Source: Antedon mediterranea (Eukaryota; Animalia; Echinodermata). Taken from it: a DNA stretch of 64,000 nt. The notes under the pieces were generated by a model. It was not told where the DNA came from. It did not search any database and saw only the letters and a program-made list of their open reading frames with translations. Positions 13,741-27,100 of this stretch are shown in pieces; positions within the stretch are counted from its first letter, which is position 1, and each line of letters opens with the position of its first letter. The position numbers and the translations under genes were made by a program. Location of the stretch: assembly GCF_964355755.1 (NCBI RefSeq), contig NC_092675.1:23470912-23534911 (forward strand). The letters run 5' to 3'.

Positions 13741-15393
13741 TACAATATCAAGAAGCAGTGTACGATTAATCTACATCACTTGATTGCGGATGTTAAGACG
13801 CTTTCCAATGTTTACTAAATAAAACCTATTAAATCTATCAATCATCATTAGGCGAATCAATACAACATCAATAGTGACGATGCTTTCATATTGCTTCAAA
13901 TACTCGAGCGTTTGTTTAAATAATTATTAGAGTGACCACACACGTCATAGTGATGGGTAAGTGTTAGTAACTCTTGATGTACGCCGATGGTAAGTTGAGC
14001 ATTACAACCGTACATTATACGAGTGATGTGGCGGTTATATAAGGATTGAAATTTATGGGAGAATTGTATCTGACGTTATTATGTGATGGCGCTTATGTAA
14101 CTATAGTTACTCTTCGTTATGCGTGATTAATTTATATAATGACGTAATGCATAACGGTATAAATACGGAGAAACATGGAACGTATTGTTAATTGCCGGTA
14201 CCGGTGTATCGTATGTACAGGCTATGCTTATACCAAAAAGGTGGTCGATTTTTATTTATTACCTAAACGTGGTATTTTTTAGTGCATTAAAACACGTTAA
14301 CGTTAATCATAATTTAAGCACATTTCAGCCTACTCTTTCTCAAAAGATTGCTTCGCTGTCACTCATAATTATATCATTTTAATCAGGATCAGTAATAAAA
14401 CAATAAGCAACAATAAGCAACTTGTAATATCTAAAACTTTTAATGAATTATTAAGTGTATTTGCCTGCACCTCCAGACAATTTACAGAAGTGTGAATTAA
14501 CAAGACTTGTCTGTTGGCTCGTTACAAAATAATAAACAACAATTAAAAAATAAAATGCGAATCCGAAACTACATTATCGAGTATGACGTGATGGATTAAC
14601 AGCTACGCTATTTCAAATACTACAGAATGCAACCTCATATTTTCATCATGTAATTTTACTAACAGCGACAGACCTTCACAGAAGTCCTGTCGCAAGGCAA
14701 GCAAGACCAATGCACAGTAGGCACACCATTTAATACAGTACTATTAAGGCTGGCATTTGTGCGATAGTTATGTATTATGAGTATGTTTATGAGGTTGCAT
14801 CTGCTGCCCTCTATCCTAATTCCTGGTTAAAATTTCATTTTACTGTAACAGCACAGCTTATTACAGAAAAAGGTGACAAAAACAAAAATAAAATGGCAAA
14901 TAAAATAAAAATTAAAAAAACGAAAATTAGACAGGGGAAACCAATAAAAATGTACTGTTATTCTGTATCAAAGGGATCAAAAATTTTTTTTTAATAGCAA
15001 TATTATTGGAAAAAACTGGTAGTACAAAAATAAGAAACTCTGTACAAAATTTTAATTGCTAGTTACCGAAACAAAAAGCAATAATTAAAATTTGGGCAAA
15101 CCATCACTGTACCATTATGGTCAACATTGACGTTAAAATTTAAAATTGTTCTATAAAATATTTGCAATTCTTTTCTTTAAAATCAATAATAAAAATACCA
15201 TATTTTTCTATGACCAATAGTTACTGAAATTAATTAACCACCATAAAATAGAAAACATTTAAAGTACACCTACTTGATTACAAATGATGATGGTTTAGAA
15301 ATAAAATATATGTATTTGAATTAAAAAAAAACACCAAAATGCAAAAATATAGAGTTAAAATGAGTAAACGTAGAGTAGTAGACGTTGATGTTG

Positions 15394-18300
15394 TTAATTC
15401 TTAGGACAGAAGCTCTTCACTATTCCACCTGTCTTCTTCACACCAAGATCTTGCACTTCATCTTCTATAATCACATCCTTAATGCAACCGACAAAATCTC
15501 CTGTGGTGGTTATACCATCATGCATTTGATCATCTAGAAATTAAAGCATGATTAAAGTGTATAACAATTATTTTTGAAGAAAAATTGTTTTCGGTCAAAT
15601 GACCCCACTTGTTTGAAAAATTTAGGACTGAATAAACAAAACATAAACATACAGAAACCTTTCTGATAACGATCATAAAAGCCATTAAGTAAAAGTAAGA
15701 GAAAATATGTACATATACATTTTTCCAGACAATACATTCCAGAATGGAAAAATATATATTTTACTGGTTTTAGAATGATAGCTTGCAGGTGGATGTACTG
15801 GGGAGAGGATTCACATAACAAAATGTTTATCTAGCCTTACACGTTACACCCCTTCATAACAATAGGGACATTTAGAATACTCTATTATGTAATTTTTATG
15901 ATATGCACATGTTATTTTAAATAATGCTTTTATTAATACAGGTTTCAGCCTGGGTCTAGACAGCCTTAATTCAGAGACCCACTTGGCCTGACTTAAGCCT
16001 GTCATGAACACTGGCCCAGCGAGTTGGAATAGCTCCAAGGACGAGCGCTACTAGAGATTATAAGGTCAGACCATAAGGTCATTACGTCATGCGCTCACTG
16101 GCACGTCAACGTAAATGTCCACTTAATCTAAATGTTCATAACTGCGACAAGAGAACCATGTGAATGTAAACGTTGTGCACGTTCACTCAAATCTAATTCC
16201 TAATTTGATACTAACCTGGAACACCACCAAGATAGAATGCTTGGTTGTTTGTATTTGTTGCCGTTGTGCCTCCATCACCGTCACCATCTATGCCTGGTAT
16301 ATTGTCAACAAGAATGGACACAACTGATCTCTGCTTAGAAACTAGAAAACAAAAATGTAGCCCAAATAGTTTCATTGCAACAAGATGCATTTTGTAATGT
16401 TACAAATTGACATATCACTATTAATTAGCATTAATTTTATCTATAACCTATTGATTCTACCAGAATTTTTTTATTTATCTATACTTTCTCCGCAACAATT
16501 CTCCAGATACGTTGCATCAACCTACATTAACATTTCACAGTACATTGCTTATGGCAAGAATCATATTAATAATACTTAATCTTCACAAACAGTTGTTGTA
16601 ACTACACCAAATTCAATGCTCATAACAACAAAATTTTAGAATGGAGCACGTTTCAGGCTATTTTTAGCAGTTTTAATTCAATTCAACAAGTGACGAATAA
16701 AAATATAGTTAAAATTGATACATCAGCAGCATTCATTTTGCAAAACAAATAATGATCTGACTTACCAATTACAGAATGCCACTGGCCATCACACAAAGAC
16801 ACACCAGTCTGGTCACTTGTTGCCTCAAATGGACCATTACCATTGTCAGCACGGGCAATTAACTGCCCTCCAACAAGTTCAACAACAAAGAAATCTAGTT
16901 TAGCACGCACAGACATTATGACACCATCAGTTACTCTTGGCTTGATTTGGAACTCTACATTGAACTTCCTATAAACATTCAAGTTATCGCCTGTAATACG
17001 AAATAAGCAGAAATGTACATGAAATCATTCCCAAAAAGTACGAAAAATGTATTCAAATCTGTGTTTAAAAAGAAATTAACTTTGCATTTTGTGAACAGAA
17101 CAAATATTGAAATTTGGCGTTTGAGTGGTATTGTAAAACTACATGCTATCAAAGTTGTAAACATCACATTTTGGGAATGGTTTAGTTTTAGACAACATAA
17201 CTAGGGGGAGTATAAATATTAATACCAGTCACTAAAATAACAAAACAGATGCCCTTTAACTTACTTATAATTATATAGCCATCATTAACAAAAGTTCCAT
17301 CTTCCATTGAACCTTTGCATTGTGTGATTCCAAACTCGGTTTTCTCGCTGGCAAGGTCCACCAATTCACCATCAACATTGAACGTTAAATTCCTCATACA
17401 ACCTATAAAGCCATCACGGATCTAAGAAACAAAAATAGAAAATAGTAATAAATTATTATTTATTTCTATTGGATGGAGGCAATCTAACTCAAGAAGTCTA
17501 CACTAGCAAACTTTAGGTTCGAAATGTCAAGAAAACGCCCAAGTTCGCAAGAGAAGTTTCAAAAGTTTGCTACCAGTTGAAAACTAGCTTGGATTTGCAG
17601 ACGTTACGCTGTCCACCAAGTTTAGAAATAATCATGCCCGACCAATAAAGTTCAAAGTATTATTTACTTACGGGCATGTCGTTAGCTTCTACTTCTTCTG
17701 GTAGGCCTCCTACATATTGTTTACCTATATTGTTCAAAAACTTTCCAGTGCCTGGACTTTCACCTCTTACTTCTACTACACCATCAATACGAATTTCTCC
17801 AATCTGTAAATTTCTTTGTGCCTCAACCTAACATCAAATATATATAATAATTATACTGTATAAATCCAAAGGCAAATTACTGAAAAAATGACAATGCTGT
17901 GGGTATCAGTGGCTGGATCTCAATGGAGAAAAAAAAAGCGAAAAGCTAAATCAAAACGATAAGTAAAACAGCCAGAAAAGTTAGCAGAGATTTCGGGCAA
18001 CACTAGCCCTTCATCAGTGCAATTATACTGTGTATATATATATATATATATGCAAGCAAATTATATAGCATCAACTAATGGCAATAGGAAAGTAAAGAAA
18101 AAGATTAATGGATTACTTTTTTATAGTTTGACACACATTTTATTTATTTAGATATTTGTTTTCCCTTTTTTTTAAATGGTGGCCGTGAATTATGGTGACC
18201 TACCACACAGTTTTATCTTTATAGTATATTTCATGTTTTGTTCTTACTATTTATATACAATGTGTGTGGAAAACAAACAAATCAATTACTTACAAAATGC

Positions 18301-21300
18301 CATTCGCCATCATTGACAGTAGAATCACTTTCAATTACGCCAACACCTGAACCACAATCAAACCTGAATACAATTCTTCCATTTAACATATTAACACCTA
18401 CAAAGTCAATCTCTCGTCTGTCAGCAGTATAGTATATCATTGCATTTTGTGCTGTTGTTTTGATTTCAAACTGCAAAGTTCCTCTGCAAAAAATATGGTT
18501 TCTGTTATAGTCACACTAATTTTTCACCATAATGATCATGCATTTTTTTAATGTCGCATCAAGTTCCTGCATTATTGTTAGGTCTCGTCGCACAACATTA
18601 TCATTTTGTTCTATGTGCTAGCCATTAAATAGAACAATTAGCTGTTAAAATAAATGAAAAGAATTGAAAATTCCACAGAATAAAATATTCTTACTCTTTT
18701 CTGAGGTTTGTTTCATCGTATATTTTACCATCTGCATACTCAATCCTACTGAAAGCTTCGCTGCCGAACATGATGGCGCCCCTGTCTGCTGGATCAATGA
18801 TCGTGGCTTCGCCAGGTGCTGGTGGTTGAAGAGCACATGTTTGCAGTTGCATTGGAGTGCTCGACAACACTGATGATGCACTGGTAAAGGGTGGTAACGT
18901 AACAATGGCTGGCTCTACCAAAGTTGTCACTACGCATGTCCCAAAGTGTGCATTGTCATCTTCTAGTCTATCAGCAAAACTTAAGAGACTGAAACAAAAC
19001 AATTGTGAGAATATTCAATGAACATTTAATATTTGTTTTAGAACAAACTTACTATGAATACATAGGCTAGACTTAATACGAAAGCTAATAGTTAGATATA
19101 AGTTTTGTTGTTGTAAATGAATACATTATAACATTATTATATTAATTATGATGGTTTTATTTGTGATTCAGAAACTTACCTTGTGTCTAATATTACATCT
19201 GCTATACATCCAATGAAGCCAATATTGCTCTGAGAACCTCTGCCTAGGACAAGTGGACCTCCACTGATAGAAAAGGCACTTTCTGAATTGAAAGCATCAA
19301 CTTCAACATCATCAACATACAGAGTTATCCTATCAAGAAAACATGACATATTCTAGTACTCAAATTTTTATTCACTAAACGAAATGTTTTTGTATTTATA
19401 TAGAGCTTTTAACAAGATGGTCCCAATGCAAACAACATTGTAGATTTTGAAATATTGGTATGTGAACAAACAATTTTGGAAGGTTGTTGGAAGAAACCAC
19501 CTGAAGATTGAGGTGCATCTTATAAAACATTGCAAAATCATATTGTTAAAAAAATGCATATTTTGCCCTATTATAATTACAATACTTTATTATTGTTTAA
19601 CTATCTTCTAGCTCCTTCCTATGTGTATGTTGTTAATCATTATTTTTATTGCTTTATGATAGAAATAGGAAGGAAAATAATGAATACGAAATGCAACTCT
19701 ATCACAATTGAAATTTTGAATCTATGACCAACTATTGACTGACCTATTGCGTTCTTTAAGCAGTGTAATTACATGCCAGTTACCATCACTGACATTCACA
19801 TTATGAGACAATGCAAATTCTGTTGATGACGATCCTCGACCTGTTACTTGCAGTGTACCATCTTCTAAGAATGCTGATATATGCTGTAAGTAGAAAATAC
19901 AAATGTTGACAAATTGATCTATTTTTTATTTTATTTTTTTTATTTTTTTATTTATTTTTTTTTTTTTTTATCTATAATATTTGTGTGTGAGTATATGTGT
20001 AGTCTAATAGCAGGATAGCCTTAAAACTAAAAGACAGATCTTTATATAGATATATGGTCACGGAAAATTCCATTGAAGTTTGAATGAAATCTAATATTTT
20101 ACTAATTTTTAAACAGATTTTTACGAAATTTTATATTTTATATACATACGTATATGTACGACTCCATTATATTTTAAGGCCAAAAAAACGGGTTGTAATC
20201 ATTTTTAAATCTCTGATTGCAACAGACAATCATTTTGGTTTTTTACCCAAAAAATAGTATGAAAATAGTAAAAAGAAATGTGTTATTCCGACTTGTTTTA
20301 ATGTATACCTTTGAATTCTCTTTGACTTCAAATACGACTCCAGCACTTTCAAGAGTGCGGAAACTGACTACCATTTTGAATTCTAATCCTAATGTAACAT
20401 CCGACATCTTGACAAAGCCTGGACTTTGTAAATTCATCATTCGAACATCCTACAAAAAACGAAATTATTAAAAATATCTATACATATCGTATATAGGAAA
20501 ATGAAAAATGAGAAAAATTAGTATGTATATAAGACCACACCGATGTATATACTTATGTGATCTACAAATTATAGTTTACTTTCAAATACAAATTAATATT
20601 CTACACATATAATGTATAAATGAGTATGGGTACCAGATACATAAATGAGTATAATCTAAAACTAAAACTACATGTTCAAATCCAGATACAGAATGTAGTG
20701 TACAAGATCCAATATTAGAACATTGGCAAGTGGTTTACTGTAGTCCTATCTAGACTAAGTTAAGGTGGGTAACATTGTTAGTAGAGTTTATGAAAAGACT
20801 GAGTAGATGGTAGGCTTAGCTTTAATTTAAAACGATTTAACCAACCTACTCTCACCCTTCAAATATTATATTCACTAGAATACTCACCCTGTGCTGGCAG
20901 CCAAAGAAGAATCCTTCCGATAGACCAGTATAATCTTGCAATTTCTTTGTGACTCCAGATATACTTACATCAGTAAGACAACCCAAAAATCCTTTACTGT
21001 TCACTACATTGCTATTCAAATAGATAGATCGAAAAGATACATTGTTACATCTTCTTTTAATCCAATTCTAACATGGTAAATTTACGATGATAAAATCATC
21101 TAAATACTATAGCACGCTTTCTAGACCTTTTATCGAGTATATATTAAGGTAAAGAATAGCAGATGTTCACAAAATCAAATCATAAGCATTATCAAGTTTG
21201 AACACATACTTATTGCCTCTCTGGCTGTTAAATGTCTTTTAAAATTATCGCATAATAATTACCTGTGTGGAAACTCTGTTGGATCGAGTAGGCCACCAAT

Positions 21301-24138
21301 TTGAATAAGTGCTTCTGTTTCTGTATCATCTGGTAATGTTCCTTGTGCAGTTACTAATATACGTTCATCACTACATTAAATTGTAATCATTGCAATGATC
21401 AATATGGTGATGTTGGCAAACAATGTATGTGCAGTTTAAAGAAATAAAACTATATTAATTCTTAAATAGAACATTTGTGTGATTCAACTGGAAATGGTTG
21501 ACAGCAATCACTTATAAAAAATAAAGATACCTCCTTCAATAGTTTCAACTTCAACCATAAGTGAATTTATTATATACAATATATATTAATATATAGGTGG
21601 CAATCCTGTTTACAAACTAAGTCTTTAGGAGCGGAATTGTCATCTGATGGGAGTTGAAACCAGGACCCCAAGATTAGGAGCCAAGCTTCAATAACTTTGA
21701 GAATGACTCATAAAATTGTGCTTTTATATAAATAATAACATACTTAATTTCAAGATTTCCTTTTAGTCCATTTCTTCCAAATATAACTTTGTAAAACTGA
21801 TCATCATTGTAGGCTTCTTCACTTTCTATCTCCAGTGATACATCATCCCCATTCTTGAAGTTCATCACAAGATGTCCGTTCCTGAGGGACAATGATAGGA
21901 AGTTCTGCTCATCGCCAGAATAGAACAGTAGACCATTGGCAGCAATTGACTTGAATGCAAGTTCCACAACAGTATTTTTATTTGTAGAGAGTGTTAGTGT
22001 GTCAAGTAGGAGATATGCTTCACCATCAAACTGACCAATGTTTGACTGATCTTCACTGGTACTAAAATATCAAAACAAAATCAAATTAATTTCAGTAGAG
22101 ATAATACCAAAGTAATTAATTAAGGTTAGTTAACCATTTCACTATGTACAACTACGGATAACCGGTACTACCATAAAATCCTTGAATAACCCATGAATTA
22201 AATAAATACTAACACTGCTTGACTAGTTGCTTGGATTCCTGTATACTCTTCAAAGTTCCATAATCCAATCACATGGTTATCAAAGTGCATTCCCTGTACT
22301 GTACCACGATATGAGGCAGCAACTACGCCATCAGGTATCTATTACATAAACATAACTTGTAGTCATAGGCAGTACAAAGAAGAAGAATATATCAATTTTG
22401 TCTAGCTGTTCATTTTGATTTAGTTCTCATTTAAAAATAGATCTTTATTAGGAAGCGTTCGATATGTGACGATCAAGAATCTATGAATCAGTTACATCAA
22501 GTTATGTATTGTGCACTTGAACATTGGAATATAATTTCTAACTAGATTCTTTCATTTTGGTGTATTCAGGGCAAGGCCATAGCGAACGGTTAAAAACAGA
22601 CGAGGCAAAGATGCTTTAAATATAATAATTAATATAAAACATTTTAGTTTGTTCTGGGAAATTTGGGTGGGTGGTGAAAATTTAAAATTAAAGACGAGGT
22701 GAGCGCCTCATCAGCCTCATGCTGGCTACGGCCCCGCAGGTGATAATTAGCAACAATATCTGTAGGTTCTAGTTTCTCACTAAACTTAAGCTCGCTAATA
22801 GAACGGTTAGTGTCTACAGCTATGACAATCTCAATTGATCACAAGGCTTAAAATGTTAGTCGCAGGGTTTTTCCCTGCTGCCGAATGTGACTGAGAATTG
22901 AGACAATTATTTTGCAATATTATTTTGGTAGATTTTATACTTAATACAGGTGACAACATAGTCTTTTGTAAGAAAACATAATTAATACTTACTCCTTCAA
23001 ATTCATTTGGAACGCCTCCAAGGAAAAATGATGCATCTGGGCTAAGATGTAAAATAGCTGCGATTGAATTTGATTGCTGTTCAACGACGTCATCTTCTTG
23101 ATCAGGTGTACTAATCTTAAGTGAAGCCGCACTCGCCAATCTGAAATTGTACAACAAATAAACATGTATATAACATTTGCAAATTAGTGAGATCATTTTA
23201 TGGTATATTATTATACTGTATTATTTGAGATTCTTCACTTCACTTAATGTATTGAAAGTTTCAACATATAAAAATGCATTAAGGCCTGTACACCACTCAC
23301 AATAAATAACAGTAAATAGAAAAATATAAATTTGAAAGAAGATGTTAGTTAACCCTTTTTGATCGGTATACCTATATATATATATATATAGATACTAATC
23401 TACACAGCGCTAAATTCCACACAAAAACAAAAATGTCATCATTTTGCATGACTTCACCAAGGACCAGGGAATTGTGTGAATAATATAAAATATACCTGGT
23501 GATGGCGACTTCATGCCAAAATTCATCATTAACATTCCTGTTTGAAATCAATCGAGTAGGTTCGTCCTCGCCCAAACGATAGATAACATTTAGACGTCCA
23601 TCCACAATTTCACTTGCTACAAAGTCATCCTGTAAAAGATACATTCATTAAAAAGTGTTAAATCAGTGGTGCTTTTCATGGTTCTTATGGTAGAACCAAT
23701 CTTCTTTGAGGTAAACCAATTGCATATTTACACTTTGAAAAAATCATAGTGTATGTTACAAATTTAGTATGGAGTCACCACAATGTACTAGCTTTAAATA
23801 GATAGAAAATAGACACTAGTGTATGGCTTCCAAAGGAAATGACCAGACACGAAGAATTTTATGGACAATGTTAACATCCAACACCAAGCAATTAAATAAC
23901 AAAGAAAAAACCTATATAGTATATTGATCTTTGAAATTACACATATGTTGGCTTTATTTTACAAGGAAATCGGACAAGAGAAACCGACCTGCTTAGTTGG
24001 GCCTCCATTGAAGAATAGAAGACCATCGGTTGCATTGTTGATGTTGAAGATGGTCTTGGTGTAAGTAGTGTCACTTGCTGGCAATGATCTAGCCTTCACA
24101 TATGAACCTTCATCTGAGAATGCCACTGCTAATTTGAT
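15394..24138 (-). CDS. Laminin alpha LG1-LG5 exons
   Basis: [49 protein letters not shown] motifs; last exon 15394-~15533. Confidence 0.92.
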
Positions 24139-27100
24139 CTAAAAAAAGAGAAGAATTTTAAAGGATTGGCATTTTAGCTAGGCCTAGGCCTGTACACTTT
24201 CCTTTCAACAAGAATCATTCTTACCTGATCTGCAGCTCCTCTGGCCTGCTCCACAAGTCGTTTGATATCACTTATGTCAAGTTCAATACCTTCCTGTCCA
24301 CCATCAACTTCATCAGCAGTAGTCTGAATACTCTGTATAAGGTCTCTTGCAGCTGATATTTGTACCCTTGAAGAATCCACTGCAATAAATAATTGAAACA
24401 TGTCCTTTAATCAAATTATACCACTAAATATACAGAAACTTATCAGTAAGAAAATTTAAAGTAGGATAGGTTATGATTTTTTGGGATATCCCTATTCAGG
24501 AGATATTTCATTGTTAAAGGAACAGTAATAATATGTTTTAACACTATGAAATTCTTTTGCAATTTACTTATGAAGATTATGAAAAAGAAAAACATGTATG
24601 ACCTGAAATAATATGGATTTTATCATATGAACTTGTTTATTGAAATAAAAAGAAAGAATCCCTATTCAGGACACCTCCTTTAAGAGGATACTTTGTTGCA
24701 TCTCGAAGGTGTCCCTTTAATAGGGTTCTGCAACAAATAATACACTTAAAGCATGCTTCATAACATTGAATTCTACATAATGCTCATCTCTGTTGTTTTA
24801 TTTGAATGCATGTTTTGTGATAGGTAACAATTGACTTACATTTGTCTTCTGCTTGTTTCAATGCGTCATTTGCAGCCGTTACGTCTCCATCTATGCCAGC
24901 CAATCTATCAGAATATTCTCCAAGCTCCCCTTGCAGCATCTCTACCAACTGCTTGGTTTCACTTGCAATGTCATTTGCTTGCATTGCTGTAGTAACAGCC
25001 TCTGACGCTGCATTTGAATCAACTAAAATTACGAAAATAATGAATTTAAATATAGTTTGAAATACTGTAGTACCAATGAAGGTTCAAAGCACAAGTTATC
25101 ATGTCTTCATTATGATCAACAGTATTTTCACATTACTATAGCATGTACATTAGATTAGACAAGGCTATATATAACTCATTCAGATTCATTTATACATCTA
25201 CCATTAGCTAATGATTTGTCATGCAGTTGCTTTTTGTTTTTGTTTTTTTGTTTAGGGGGGTATTTGACAAGTTCTTTTTCTGATCCCAGAAGCAGTTCTA
25301 AATTTAATGTTACCACTTAAGTTATTGTAAATGTATGCTGCTTTTATTTCTCTCCGTTTCTAAATGAATGTTGAATCTAAACATGCAATCTTTTCTGAAA
25401 TAAGGGTAGTTTTAAAACTTAGATCGACTTACTAGTTGGTAAATTAGCAATTGCATCTCGTATCATACGCAGCTGATTGCTAGTTTCATCATTTGTGTTG
25501 CGTAGTTCTTCCATACTTATTCGGGTTGCTTCCATCTTTGGTGCAAGGTCTGAAAAAAAAAACATTCATACTATTAAGTAAAAATCACTTTTTAGAAAAC
25601 ATTGCCATTTGAACTAACCGAATCAAACAACATAAAAGTAAATTAAATGCAATTAGCATCAGTGGTAGCATAGGGCATCTAAACATTAAGAAAACGGTGT
25701 ACACCCCTTGGTTGAAGCAACCTTCACTTTTAAAATTCTGTCTCATTCTTAAGGAACTAAACTTTATAACAATCTTCTGCAAGGAAAACACTAATTGTGA
25801 ATTATATTCATAATACATGTTTATCATGACACAAGTACCTCTGGTAAACATGACTTGCACTCACCATTGACTTCTTCCTTCAGTTCTTCTGTGTTTTTCT
25901 TTTGTTTCTCTCCTTTCCTTAGCAATCGCTGAGCTGCTCTAACTACTCCTTCAGTCTACAAAAAAGTTTTTAGTAGTATGAAGTAAATATAGTTTACTTT
26001 TATTTCATTTGATTAAAATTTAAGGAAAAGTTATGTAGATTCACCATTTGATAAAAGCATCTTGCCATAGAACACAGAAAAAAATTGGATTTCGTTTATG
26101 ACCTATGCCATCTTTCAATTCAATCCCCGACAAAAAGAATGTGTTGAATAATATAATAGTAGTTTTGCTAGGCAATGCGAAAGGAGTATATTTGTACATC
26201 CACTAAAAGTTTTCATATTTCATATTTCATATTTCTAGCAAAGTATTTACAGAAGTAATTTAACAGTACTGTATGCTGAAGTATCATTCCACTATTATTA
26301 TATTTACATTTACAATAAATTTAATTGTTGTAATCTTCATGTAATTGCTAACATGGAAACTGTCAGTCCATGGATAGTTGGATACAAGAATATCGCCCGG
26401 TAATACTGTAGTATACACAATTTGTTACCACTCCTTTACATAGAAGGTAGCCATTTTAGGCTTTTCGTGGTGGTACACAAATTGCAAAATAATCTAAAGT
26501 TGAGATATTAATCTTCAAACTTACATCTTCAAGAGCAGTTTCTGCTGCAGTATTCGCTGTACCAGCAGCTGCACTAGCACTGTTGATAGCTTCTATAATA
26601 TCTTTATAAGCATTTGCAGCCTTTCTAGCTTGTTCTGCATAAGCTGTGCCGACTTTAGACAATTCAACAATTTCCTTCGCATAGCTGGTGAGGTTTTCAG
26701 CATGTTCACCAGACTGAACAACTAGAGGTCTTACATTGTCCAGCGCTATCGCTAGAGCTGTAACAACTGGTTGAAGTCGATTGATGCCTTCATCCAGACG
26801 GGTGTAATCGGTTTCAAGTTTAGTGTAGGCATCGTTTGCATCCAGGAGGAACTGACGTGCAAGATTGAGCAGATCAAACCCTTTAATGATGTTTGATGTA
26901 CCATTATTGAATGATTCAATTGCAGATGCAATGGCAGCCTATAAAGAGAACAAAATGATAAAACTGGTTCTGCTGCTACGGCAATTACTTGATATATTCG
27001 ATATTAATAATTTCTATATTTTGGGTTTATACATTCTGTATTTTGTATTAATATTAATCAATATTAATAATACATACCATCTGTCTAAATTAACATGGTT

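Noticed and set aside
24485-24730. Tigger/pogo-like remnant (ccctattcagga repeats, gtgtccctttaatagg)
   Set aside because: Termini and TSD could not be defined; too decayed to call.
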